Below, piece by piece: positions 53,250 through 61,312 of a stretch of 64,000 nt of DNA (position 1 is its first letter; each line of letters opens with the position of its first letter). The notes beneath the pieces were generated by a model. The model was given only the letters and a program-made list of their open reading frames with translations. It had not been told where the DNA came from and did no database searches. The DNA is from Planctomycetota bacterium (GTDB lineage Bacteria; Planctomycetota; B15-G4): NCBI GenBank assembly GCA_965248575.1, contig CBDFJQ010000002.1, positions 3,904,001 through 3,968,000 of the forward strand, in the 5' to 3' direction. The translations under genes were made by a program, and so were the position numbers.

Positions 53250-53471
53250 ATGAGGGAGCAGGGCAAAGGACGACGGATCAGGCATGTCCAGAACTGGGAT
53301 CTCCATGTCTTCATGCTGCTCTTTGTCGTACCAGCTTTTGCTGGAGGCCTTTGGCTGGTCCATCCTCTTCTGGGCTTGGTTGTGGTCGCCATCTTCGTAG
53401 TCTGGGTTGTAGACAACGTGCACGAGTCCAATCGTCTCCAGGAGCGCGGCCGCCGTGAGCGCACTAGCTAA
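53250..53471 (+). CDS. Cassette 8: small 2-TM protein
   Basis: Stop lies within R'' AGCTAAC. Confidence 0.7.
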   Translation: MREQGKGRRIRHVQNWDLHVFMLLFVVPAFAGGLWLVHPLLGLVVVAIFVVWVVDNVHESNRLQERGRRERTS

Positions 53472-53532
53472 CAAGCGCTTGCAGCGGACGGTCCGCTGCG
53501 CGTCCCGCCGCTGACCCGCAGATACGTTAGCC
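53466..53532 (+). repeat. attC8
   Basis: AGCTAAC...GTTAGCC. Confidence 0.9.
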
Positions 53533-53534
53533 GG

Positions 53535-53888
53535 ATGGAGGCGATGCCGGTCACCAAGTTCCAAGAGGAATGGAATGAGATCGCAGTGCGGTGGGGCCTC
53601 TACGTGAAGGCGCCGTTCGTGGTCAAACTCATTCACGGAGAAGTCACCGTCCCTGTGCTTCTTCGAGACTTCGGCGCCTCTCACGGGATGCTACTTGTTA
53701 CGGACTATGGCCTGATCTCTCCCCACTGGGAGGAACTCGTGAGCCTTGGTTTTGGGTTCTCGTGCCTCAGTGAGCCTGACGGAGTGAGCCACCCCGACGA
53801 CGACGAAGCCCTCATGGAGATGCTCTCAGACTGGGGATGGTCGGGAAGCGAGAACCCTCCCGAGTGGTATCGTGAACCCAGTAGCTAA
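53535..53888 (+). CDS. Cassette 9: hypothetical soluble protein
   Basis: DFGASHGML...GFGFSCL...EMLSDWGWSG..PPEW; stop lies within R''. Confidence 0.75.
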   Translation: MEAMPVTKFQEEWNEIAVRWGLYVKAPFVVKLIHGEVTVPVLLRDFGASHGMLLVTDYGLISPHWEELVSLGFGFSCLSEPDGVSHPDDDEALMEMLSDWGWSGSENPPEWYREPSS

Positions 53889-53946
53889 CCAGCCGTAGCA
53901 GACGGGCCGGGCTGGGCCCGGCCGCTGAACGGCAGGTCCGTTAGGC
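53883..53946 (+). repeat. attC9
   Basis: AGCTAAC...GGCCGGGC-TGG-GCCCGGCC...GTTAGGC. Confidence 0.88.
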
Positions 53947-53965
53947 GCACGAAGGGGGAGTACTG

Positions 53966-54481
53966 ATGCCCGTTCGATTCGAATGCTCGAAATGCGGACA
54001 GGACATCTCGTCGTTCATGCGCGTTGGAGAGACTGCGGAATGTCCATCATGCGGCGCGCGAGTGCAGGTACCTGCTTCGGCGGAGCGCAGAGGACTTACC
54101 TATGAGCCGTCGCAAAGAGGGGGCTACCCAGCGCCGACGATCGCTGACGGGCCCCCGGCGGAGTCGATACCACATGCTGAGGCTTTCACCGTGAGGCGGA
54201 TCCAGGCACGGACGATTCTCCAACTATCTCTGATCGGCCACCTCTGCTTCTGCATTCCGGCTTTTCTGCTCGTGGGGCTTGGGGCAGCCCTCGGATTCGA
54301 GGGCTGGTCGGTAACGTGGAATGACGAACCCGTGACTGGAGTCATGGCCGTGCTTGTAGCTCTGCCTCTTGGCGTAGGCGCAGGGCTCGGATCCGGCCTC
54401 GCCAATGGAACCGTCGCCTGCATTGGCCTCTGGATCTACTCCAGGTTTCGGTGGGTGACGGTCCACTATGCGCGAGCGTAG
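53966..54481 (+). CDS. Cassette 10: zinc-ribbon + membrane domain protein
   Basis: GGGGAG RBS; CSKC...CPSC followed by TM segments. Confidence 0.8.
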   Translation: MPVRFECSKCGQDISSFMRVGETAECPSCGARVQVPASAERRGLTYEPSQRGGYPAPTIADGPPAESIPHAEAFTVRRIQARTILQLSLIGHLCFCIPAFLLVGLGAALGFEGWSVTWNDEPVTGVMAVLVALPLGVGAGLGSGLANGTVACIGLWIYSRFRWVTVHYARA

Positions 54482-54487
54482 CATTGC

Positions 54488-54554
54488 GTCTAGCAAGCGC
54501 TTGCGGCGGACTGTCCGCTGCGCGTCCCGCCGCTGAATCGCAACGACGTTAGGC
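54488..54554 (+). repeat. attC10 (R'' variant GTCTAGC)
   Basis: GTCTAGCAAGCGCTTGCGGCGGAC...GCTGAATC...GTTAGGC. Confidence 0.8.
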
Positions 54555-54567
54555 AGAGCAACTGACG

Positions 54568-54987
54568 ATGATCGAATTCCAGCTGTTGCCCAGAACCTCG
54601 GACGGGACAGAAGAGCCACAGCTCTGGTTTCGGGTGCGGCTACGCGGTGAGTTCACAGGAGAGCTCGACCTGCAATTGGAGACAGCTGAAGTTCTCTCGT
54701 TTGTTGAGCAGCTCGCAGGCTTTCCGAGGTCAACAGAGCAGGTTGAATCGGCAAGGCTCGTCGACCGGCACGCAGCCAGGTTTGCCGATTTCGAAGTTTC
54801 CTGCATCGATCGATCGGGGCATGTCCGCGTTGCAGCCAGCCTTGGGTCGGGTTCAGGGCAGTTTGGCGCTCCTGTCTGGGACACGGTCACAGCCAACGTC
54901 GCAGCCGTTGCGGCTGAGATCGACGTGTTTCAGAAGCAGCTTGTAGCGATCATCAAAGGGATTGAGTCCCATGCGCGCCTTGCCTAA
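54568..54987 (+). CDS. Cassette 11: hypothetical protein
   Basis: Stop lies within R'' GCCTAAC. Confidence 0.75.
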   Translation: MIEFQLLPRTSDGTEEPQLWFRVRLRGEFTGELDLQLETAEVLSFVEQLAGFPRSTEQVESARLVDRHAARFADFEVSCIDRSGHVRVAASLGSGSGQFGAPVWDTVTANVAAVAAEIDVFQKQLVAIIKGIESHARLA

Positions 54988-55044
54988 CAAGTGCGTGCAG
55001 CGGACACCGCTCTGCGGCGCAGCTGACCCACTGAGTCGGTAGAT
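54982..55044 (+). repeat. attC11 (R' variant GGTAGAT)
   Basis: GCCTAACAAGTGCGTGCAGCGGAC...GCTGACC...GGTAGAT. Confidence 0.75.
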
Positions 55045-55060
55045 ATATGAACGGTGTTTA

Positions 55061-55573
55061 ATGAACGAAAAGCAACCACGAATAATGCCATCCACTGAGT
55101 CCCAATCTCTACCAGGTAAGGGCAAGTCAGGCCGGTTCTGGCAAGGGTTCTGGCTTATATTCCTAGTGGTTTCACTTGCCTACGCTTGGTACTCCTTCTA
55201 TGCGCCTTCCAACCGCATCGCCTGGGCCGATAACTTCACGGCTGCGCAACAACAGGCAGTCAAGTCTGACAAACCGATGATTCTCTTTTTCACTGGCAAG
55301 TGGTGTTCACCCTGCCAGATCATGAAACGTCAAGTCTGGGCGGATGAACAGGTGATGGCTGCGGTCAATGAGGCGTTCATCCCTGTGACGATTGACGTGG
55401 ATGACCCTAATGCGGCCTCGGCATTGAGTCGGTACGGTGTTGGCCTAACGCCAACCACTATCATCACGGATTCAAAAGGGAATGTCTTGCAACGGAACCA
55501 CGGGAGGATGAGCAAAACCGAATTCCTCGAATTGTTAGGTGAGATTGATCCATCGACCGTCGAAGATCTGTAA
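55061..55573 (+). CDS. Cassette 12: membrane-anchored thioredoxin family protein
   Basis: TM followed by KPMILFFTGKWCSPC...TPT; visibly AT-richer than the host. Confidence 0.88.
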   Translation: MNEKQPRIMPSTESQSLPGKGKSGRFWQGFWLIFLVVSLAYAWYSFYAPSNRIAWADNFTAAQQQAVKSDKPMILFFTGKWCSPCQIMKRQVWADEQVMAAVNEAFIPVTIDVDDPNAASALSRYGVGLTPTTIITDSKGNVLQRNHGRMSKTEFLELLGEIDPSTVEDL

Positions 55574-55625
55574 TGCTAAGCGACTGCACCGTCTCTCTTC
55601 GGGCAATCATTGGTTTCGTTGGACT

Positions 55626-55686
55626 ATCTAACCATTCGTTGCACCAGACCGGCTTCGCCGACAGGTGAACGGCAAACCCGTTAGCC
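55626..55686 (+). repeat. attC12 (divergent family)
   Basis: ATCTAACCATTCGTTGCACC...CGGC-TTC-GCCG...GGTGAACG...GTTAGCC. Confidence 0.82.
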
Positions 55687-55704
55687 AGATCAACTGAGGT
55701 TATC

Positions 55705-56490
55705 GTGGGCACTGCTCCCAGCAATCTCCGATGTCGAATAACGGATGCCGTGTGCAAAGCGTTACGGCCGTTGCCCCATGTGTTCGCCGGATGGGAGGGC
55801 GGGAGCGCTGCCTTCGATCTCGTGGATGAGTACTCCGACATAGACTTGAACTTCTTGTTGGATGACGCGGCCCTGGTCGATTCCCTTTATGCCGTTGTCG
55901 AGTCTGCACTCGAGACTGTGTCGCCGATTTCTACCACCCACTTTGAGCCCCCCGGCCGCTACTACAAATTGAGGGATGGTGGAGATTTCCTCCTGGTCGA
56001 TGTGTGCATCTACCAGCCTGGGTCGCTCAGCGAGTGCCTCGACGTTGATCGTCACGGGAAAATTCGGCAGCTCTTCGACAAGGGGCAGTGGCTACGCAGC
56101 GAGACCTCAAGCGTGGTGTCCCAGCGAGCTACCCGAGCCAAGCGTCGGGACGATCTCGAAGAGTGGTTTTCCGTGAGTCAGAGTTTTGTCCGCAAGGCAA
56201 TCATGCGCGGCCACGAGGTGGAGGCCTTGGCGGCGTTCTGGGGTTACACGCTCAAGCCACTCGTGGAAATTCTTCGCATGCGGTATTGCCCCGCACGATG
56301 GGACTTCGGCATGCGCTATCTGCAGAGAGATCTTCCAGGTCCTGTGTACGATGAGCTGCGGGGCATCATGTTTGTCGGAGAGTCTGTCGACCTAGCGGAA
56401 AAACTAGCGAAGGCGGTCGCATGGGGAGAGAGGCTACTGAGAGAATCTAAGCCGGGCAGTGAGATTGGACCTTCGCCAAGGGCTGGCTAA
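55705..56490 (+). CDS. Cassette 13: Pol-beta-superfamily nucleotidyltransferase
   Basis: GGSAAF..VDEYSDIDL (GS...DxD) plus a helical C-domain; stop lies within R''. Confidence 0.78.
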   Translation: MGTAPSNLRCRITDAVCKALRPLPHVFAGWEGGSAAFDLVDEYSDIDLNFLLDDAALVDSLYAVVESALETVSPISTTHFEPPGRYYKLRDGGDFLLVDVCIYQPGSLSECLDVDRHGKIRQLFDKGQWLRSETSSVVSQRATRAKRRDDLEEWFSVSQSFVRKAIMRGHEVEALAAFWGYTLKPLVEILRMRYCPARWDFGMRYLQRDLPGPVYDELRGIMFVGESVDLAEKLAKAVAWGERLLRESKPGSEIGPSPRAG

Positions 56491-56613
56491 CAAGGCGCTG
56501 CAGCTGACCGGCTCATGCGTCGGCGTTCCCAGGTTCTGGTAGTCTCTCGAACACGAAGGCGTTTCGAGGCCGGGGGCAAATCCCGCTGGCATCTGAGCGC
56601 CGGTCCGTTAGCT
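56485..56613 (+). repeat. attC13 (long, 129 nt)
   Basis: GGCTAACAAGGCGCTGCAGCTG...CATCTGAGCGCCGGTCCGTTAGCT. Confidence 0.82.
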
Positions 56614-56629
56614 GGGCCAAGGAGCGACC

Positions 56630-56914
56630 GTGTCCAAACCAGCCAAGCTGTCGCTCGTGATGGCGGTGATCGCGATGCTCCTGGCAGCTCCATTGTTGGG
56701 GGGGCACCAGTTGAGCGTGCATGGTGATCCATACACGTACATCTTCTTCCTCCCGAACATCGTTCCGCTGTTGGTACTTGAGTCGGCAGGCTATTTGCCA
56801 ACAGATCACGAGTTGCTTGCGGCTGCCTCCAGTGTCGGGTTCTGGGTCATCACTGGAGCTGCGATTGGGTGGGTTTCAGTCTGGCGAACCCGAGGAGATC
56901 AAGATGCCACATAG
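56630..56914 (+). CDS. Cassette 14: small membrane protein
   Basis: AAGGAG RBS plus GTG; about 3 hydrophobic segments. Confidence 0.7.
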   Translation: MSKPAKLSLVMAVIAMLLAAPLLGGHQLSVHGDPYTYIFFLPNIVPLLVLESAGYLPTDHELLAAASSVGFWVITGAAIGWVSVWRTRGDQDAT

Positions 56915-56916
56915 CC

Positions 56917-56979
56917 AGCTACCAGCCGTAGCGGACGGACCGGGCTACGCCCGTCCGCTGAACGGCAGATACGTTAGCC
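56917..56979 (+). repeat. attC14 (R'' lacks one A: AGCTACC)
   Basis: Closely matches attC9; ends GTTAGCC. Confidence 0.8.
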
Positions 56980-57001
56980 GGATCAGGGAGGGGTGTTCGA
57001 T

Positions 57002-57469
57002 ATGTCTAGCCAAGATGTTGCCTCGTTCGTACTGAGGCTCTTGGGCGTCTTATTGCTCGTGACCTCGATTCCGATTGCGATGGCCGTCATTGCTGACCAA
57101 GGGGGCCCCGGCTTGGGACCACTGACGGCGTCTGTCCTTGTTGGAGTGGCCCTCATTGTTTGGAGTCGGCCGCTCGGCAGTCGAATCGCTCCGAGCCCTG
57201 GCAAGCCCTCCGATGCGAAAGCATTGTCTGTCACGGACTGGCAGGCCATCGCCTTCTCGGCAATCGGCATCATGGTCATCGTGCGCAGCCTTGAGGCCTT
57301 CGCCGACAGTTACTTTCGATCCGAGGCGTTCGGAGCAGAGTTGTGGCCATGGCCCTTCACGGCGGTCCCCCTCTTGCAGTTGGTGGTTGGAGTCCTCCTG
57401 TTCTTCCAAGGGAGGGGTTTGGCCGCCTTCTGGCGCCGTTCGCAAGGAGACGGCGGTTCCAGCGGCTGA
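57002..57469 (+). CDS. Cassette 15: 4-TM membrane protein with internal duplication
   Basis: GGGAGG RBS; two similar hairpin halves. Confidence 0.75.
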   Translation: MSSQDVASFVLRLLGVLLLVTSIPIAMAVIADQGGPGLGPLTASVLVGVALIVWSRPLGSRIAPSPGKPSDAKALSVTDWQAIAFSAIGIMVIVRSLEAFADSYFRSEAFGAELWPWPFTAVPLLQLVVGVLLFFQGRGLAAFWRRSQGDGGSSG

Positions 57470-57530
57470 CACGCGCAAGCAACGGACGGTCCGCTGCGCG
57501 CCCCGCCGCTGAACCGCAGATGTGTTAGAC
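57464..57530 (+). repeat. attC15 (R'' variant GGCTGAC)
   Basis: ...GCAACGGACGGTCCGCTGCGCGCCCCGCCGCTGAACCGCAGATGTGTTAGAC. Confidence 0.82.
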
Positions 57531-57552
57531 AGAGTTAGAGAGGAGGAACACG

Positions 57553-58047
57553 ATGGCTGACAGCAACGGCTCGTCCGTCCAGCGCGCTGCCCAAGCGAGG
57601 CGAGATCTCCTGCCTTCGTGGTTGAGGTCCATCTGCGTTCTCGTGGTTCCACTCTCGCTAGCAACCGTAGCGCTTCTCGCGACCGGCGTTCTCAAGCCCG
57701 ACTCCTTCGACTTGAAGCTCCTCGGCATCGCCTACGGCGCGCTTTCACAGCCCGCCGCATTGGCCAGCCAGGTTTTCGTCATTGCGCTGGGTGTCTCCGC
57801 TGTTGGTTTGCTCCGCGGCGATGTGTGGGCTCTTGGTCTAGCGAGCTTCCTCAGCATTGTCGGCGTCGCCATGGCGCCGAGCGTCATCGAGTTCACTGAA
57901 CCAGGATTCCATCTGAGGTTCGATGCACTGATCTTCGTTTCTCTCATCATTGCCCTGGAAAGGCGTCGAGCAGGATGGAAGGCCGTCACAAGATCCAACC
58001 CTGTCAAACAAGAGCTTGCAGCGGATGCCGCTCCACCTAACCGCTGA
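57553..58047 (+). CDS. Cassette 16: membrane protein whose ORF runs into attC16
   Basis: AGGAGG RBS; about 4 TM; stop at 58045-58047 inside the attC. Confidence 0.75.
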   Translation: MADSNGSSVQRAAQARRDLLPSWLRSICVLVVPLSLATVALLATGVLKPDSFDLKLLGIAYGALSQPAALASQVFVIALGVSAVGLLRGDVWALGLASFLSIVGVAMAPSVIEFTEPGFHLRFDALIFVSLIIALERRRAGWKAVTRSNPVKQELAADAAPPNR

Positions 58048-58065
58048 ACCACTGAGACGTTGGAC
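58003..58065 (+). repeat. attC16 (degenerate; R'' GTCAAAC)
   Basis: GTCAAACAAGAGCTTGCAGCGG...CCGCTGAACC...GTTGGAC. Confidence 0.75.
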
Positions 58066-58087
58066 GGAGCATTCAACCTTGGGTCCA

Positions 58088-58333
58088 ATGTCGCCAAGAG
58101 TCCTGATGTCAGGTTCCGCGATCGTCGTTGCGGACGTTGGATTTGGGATGGTCATCTGGGGGACCACGGCCTGTGCCATGAGGGACGAGAGGCTCGGCTG
58201 GTGGGGTAGGGTCATGGCCCCAGTCCTTCTTCTCCACGCATTCGGTTTCTGGGTGGTGATGCGAGCGGCCCCGTGGCTCAAGAGAGCTTCGGACGACAGA
58301 GATCAGTTTGCGGGAGGCTCCGGTGCGAGTTGA
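58088..58333 (+). CDS. Cassette 17a: possible small 2-TM protein
   Basis: Hydrophobic ORF filling the gap after attC16; no clear RBS. Confidence 0.4.
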   Translation: MSPRVLMSGSAIVVADVGFGMVIWGTTACAMRDERLGWWGRVMAPVLLLHAFGFWVVMRAAPWLKRASDDRDQFAGGSGAS

Positions 58334-58910
58334 ATGTCTACTCTGGGACTTCGGGGACACGCTCTGCGACGAGCTCTCGCTCTGGCGCGCGACCCCCGAA
58401 TGGATGGATGTCTACCGCTCGTTCGACGATGGGCTTGGCGCCGCTTGGAGCCTGGGCGAGCTCGACACTCCCGGCTTCGTGGCTGAGTTGGCCAAGCGCA
58501 TGCCGCTTGCCGAAGCGGAGATCCTCGCGCACTTGAACCGCACCGATCTCTTCGAGTTCTTTCCGTTCACCTATGCGTTCTTTCGCGACCGCCACCTTCC
58601 CCAGGCCATCGTGACCGTGAATCCCACCTTCTTCTCCGAGGTCGTTGTGCCCGGCTGCGCCTTGGACAACGTCACGGACGCTATCGTCGTTTCGGGAGAA
58701 GAAGGGACGATTGACAAGGGTGAGCTCTGTCACCGAGCCCTTCAACGCATGGACTTCGACTCTGACCCTTCTCACGCGTTGCTGATCGACAACAAGAAAT
58801 CCAACCTCGACGCCTGGGCGAAGCGAGGCGGTGTCGGGTATTTGTATACGACCGATTCTGCGTTTCGACAGGACGTTGCCCGCGGCATTGATCACCTCAG
58901 AGAGCGTTAG
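58323..58910 (+). CDS. Cassette 17b: HAD superfamily hydrolase
   Basis: GGGAGG plus GTG; LLWDFGDTL, IVTVN, K and LLIDN. Confidence 0.8.
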   Translation: MRVECLLWDFGDTLCDELSLWRATPEWMDVYRSFDDGLGAAWSLGELDTPGFVAELAKRMPLAEAEILAHLNRTDLFEFFPFTYAFFRDRHLPQAIVTVNPTFFSEVVVPGCALDNVTDAIVVSGEEGTIDKGELCHRALQRMDFDSDPSHALLIDNKKSNLDAWAKRGGVGYLYTTDSAFRQDVARGIDHLRER

Positions 58911-58931
58911 GAATCCACGCGCTGGGTCGCC

Positions 58932-59066
58932 CTCTAACAAGCGGTTGCAGGTGACGACCAACAGTTCGCCTCAATCGATCCGTGGTACGGTTCTGGCGGC
59001 GGGTGCTGCGCCCAAGCGTTCGCGGTCAACGCTGTTGGGCGCAGCTGAATCGCATGTCCGTTGGTC
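58932..59066 (+). repeat. attC17 (long, 135 nt)
   Basis: CTCTAACAAGCGGTTGCAGGTGACG.CCAACAG...CTGTTGGGCGCAGCTGAATCGC...GTTGGTC. Confidence 0.82.
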
Positions 59067-59093
59067 CGACCTCAATCTGTTCTTTTCCGGTAG

Positions 59094-59648
59094 GTGCACG
59101 AGTTGAAACGGGTGGTAGTTCTTGACTACGACGCGGCCTGGGCCACGGTCTTCCAGGGGTTGCGTTTACCTGTGTGGAGTGCTCTTTCTGACATCGCGAT
59201 CTCCGTGGAGCACGTTGGGAGCACAGCCGTCCCGGGCCTGGCAGCCAAGCCCGTGATTGACTTTGACGTGGTCGTCCCACAAAGCGAGCAAGCAGAGGCT
59301 ATCGCGCGACTCTCTTCGCTTGGTTACGTGCACCGGGGTGACTTGGGAGTGCCGCAGCGGGAGGCGTTCCGTCCTCCGAAGGGTTCTCCGCATCACCATC
59401 TCTACCTCTGCCTGCCGACGAGTCCTGCACACGCCAACCACATCGCAATCCGTGACCATCTTCGCGCTCACCCTACGGATGCAATGGCCTACGGGGACCT
59501 CAAGAGGCGTCTTGCTCAAGAGTTCCCCCACGACATGGACGGGTACATAGAGGGTAAGACCGGTTTCCTGGTCGCGATTCTTCGCAGGCTTGGCTTTGCG
59601 GAGGAAGCTTTGGGCAGCATCGAGCGAATGAACCACCGACCAGGCTAA
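59094..59648 (+). CDS. Cassette 18: GrpB family protein
   Basis: EHVGSTAVPGLAAKPVIDFD, HHHLY, RDHLR, YGDLK and Y..GK. Confidence 0.9.
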   Translation: MHELKRVVVLDYDAAWATVFQGLRLPVWSALSDIAISVEHVGSTAVPGLAAKPVIDFDVVVPQSEQAEAIARLSSLGYVHRGDLGVPQREAFRPPKGSPHHHLYLCLPTSPAHANHIAIRDHLRAHPTDAMAYGDLKRRLAQEFPHDMDGYIEGKTGFLVAILRRLGFAEEALGSIERMNHRPG

Positions 59649-59655
59649 GCCGGTG

Positions 59656-59785
59656 AGCCAACACCCCCCTGGGGCAGACGGAGTCCTTGTCAAACCCGCT
59701 GCCCCAGCGCGATACTGTGCGTGAAGTGCGTGGAAGCAACCGGACGCGACAAGGCCTCCGTTGCTGAACCGCATGTCCGTTAGGC
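59656..59785 (+). repeat. attC18 (long, 130 nt)
   Basis: AGCCAAC...GCAGACGGAG.CCTTGTC...GACAAGG.CTCCGTTGCTGAACC...GTTAGGC. Confidence 0.72.
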
Positions 59786-59811
59786 GGTGATTCTGAGCGG
59801 CAAGGAGAAGC

Positions 59812-60198
59812 ATGTCCAAACTCGTGATGGGCCTCGGCGTGTTCATTATTCTCGCGAGTCTGTGGGTCCTGGTGTTTCCGGAGCAACTCGTGTCGCTCAC
59901 GGACTGGGAATCGCGAGAAATGCTCTACGTCGCAGCCGGGATGAGGGTCGTGATCGGGCTTGTCCTGGTCCTGTCCGCTTCGTCTACGAGGTCTCCCACG
60001 GGCATTCGGGTCGTCGGCGGCCTGACCGTTCTCGCTGGCATCGGCCTTCTGTTCATTCCAATCGATTTGTGGAGGGACCTGATTCAGTATTGGCTCGTTG
60101 ACAACCTCGCCATGTATCGCTTCGGTGGTGGGGCATTCGGAATACTGATTGGCGCCTTCTTCGTGCATGCATCCTCGCCCAAGACGCCTTCCGCCTGA
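59812..60198 (+). CDS. Cassette 19: 4-TM membrane protein
   Basis: AAGGAG RBS; hydrophobic ORF. Confidence 0.78.
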   Translation: MSKLVMGLGVFIILASLWVLVFPEQLVSLTDWESREMLYVAAGMRVVIGLVLVLSASSTRSPTGIRVVGGLTVLAGIGLLFIPIDLWRDLIQYWLVDNLAMYRFGGGAFGILIGAFFVHASSPKTPSA

Positions 60199-60259
60199 GA
60201 TGCGCTTGCAGCGAATCGTCCGCTGTGCGCCCCACCGCTGAATCGCAGATACGTAAGCC
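60193..60259 (+). repeat. attC19 (both core sites degenerate)
   Basis: GCCTGAG.TGCGCTTGCAGCG...CCGCTGAATCGCAGATACGTAAGCC; same 67-nt length as the main family. Confidence 0.7.
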
Positions 60260-60273
60260 ACGGAGTAGGGCAA

Positions 60274-60636
60274 TTGATCAAGTTCATCATGTGTTTGAGG
60301 CGCCGCCGAGGGATGACCCGCGAGGACTTCAAGGAGTACTGGAAGAACAAGCACGGCCCGTTCTTCATGAAGAATGCAGAGAAGATGGGTGCCAAGAAAT
60401 ACGTGCAGTCTTACACCTTGAATACGCCACTGAATGAAGGCCTCAGGACTTCCAGGGGTATGCTTCCTGAATATGATGGTCTTGCGGAAGTCTGGTTCGA
60501 TTCAGAAGAAGCACTCCTGGAGGGAATGAGTTCTCCGGAAGGGCAACGACTGGGCGCGGCCTTGCTGGAGGATGAGGGCAACTTCATCGATCACTCGAAG
60601 TCCTCGGCGTTCATTGTTGAAGAGCACGAGTTCTAG
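60274..60636 (+). CDS. Cassette 20: EthD family protein
   Basis: GMTREDFKEYWKNKHGP, YVQS, YDGLAEVWF and DEGNFID. Confidence 0.88.
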   Translation: MIKFIMCLRRRRGMTREDFKEYWKNKHGPFFMKNAEKMGAKKYVQSYTLNTPLNEGLRTSRGMLPEYDGLAEVWFDSEEALLEGMSSPEGQRLGAALLEDEGNFIDHSKSSAFIVEEHEF

Positions 60637-60665
60637 AGTCGCTGGCCCAACCGGACGAGGTATCT

Positions 60666-61193
60666 GTGGGACAACTCCCAGAACTGCCTTCGGACAGCGA
60701 CCTTGAGATCCTCACGCCGCGTCTGAAACTGGTGCCGATGCGCAGCGTGCACGCTGCGATCATGTTCCCCGTTCTGTCGGACGCCAAGCTCTACGAGTTC
60801 ATCGGCGGTTCCCCTCCGTCTTCAGAAGAGTCGCTTGCGGATGTCTACGCCTCACGGGAATCGCGTCGATCGCCCGGTGGCGACCAACTTTGGCTCAACT
60901 GGCTCATGTGGGAGTCAGAGCAAGGGGAGGCCGTGGGATACACGCAGGCAACGGTCCATCCGACGCACGCCTACGTGGCTTGGCTCGTTGACACGCGGTG
61001 GCAAGGTCTTGGCCATGCGTCTGAAGCGGCAACGGCTCTCGTGAGGTGGCTGGTTGCACTAGGTGTGCAAGAGATTCGGGCGTGTGTGAACCTGGGCCAC
61101 ACGGCCAGTCGACGAGTGGCGCACAACGCTGGTCTGCGCATGACCAAGGACTTCATCGATGGTGAGGAAGCGTGGGCGTATCGTGCTCCGTGA
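60666..61193 (+). CDS. Distal cassette gene: RimJ/RimL-type GNAT acetyltransferase
   Basis: TPRLKL.P, WLNW, VGYTQATV, WQGLGHASEA and H.ASRRVA..AGL. Confidence 0.85.
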   Translation: MGQLPELPSDSDLEILTPRLKLVPMRSVHAAIMFPVLSDAKLYEFIGGSPPSSEESLADVYASRESRRSPGGDQLWLNWLMWESEQGEAVGYTQATVHPTHAYVAWLVDTRWQGLGHASEAATALVRWLVALGVQEIRACVNLGHTASRRVAHNAGLRMTKDFIDGEEAWAYRAP

Positions 61194-61312
61194 CGACCGG
61201 TTTCGGCTCCTGCATAGGGCATCAAGGAGACGCCGAGCATGGGCGTCGCTCCCTGCCATCTGAGCGGGTTAGAATTCTGCCCAGCCCGGCGGAGCCCACC
61301 ATCCCACCCCTC

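Noticed and set aside
50610..60259. Recurrent ~67-nt repeats as a CRISPR array
   Set aside because: Spacers are 230-870 nt and contain ORFs, the repeats have RYYYAAC/GTTRRRY ends, an IntI is adjacent, and no cas genes are present. These are attC sites.
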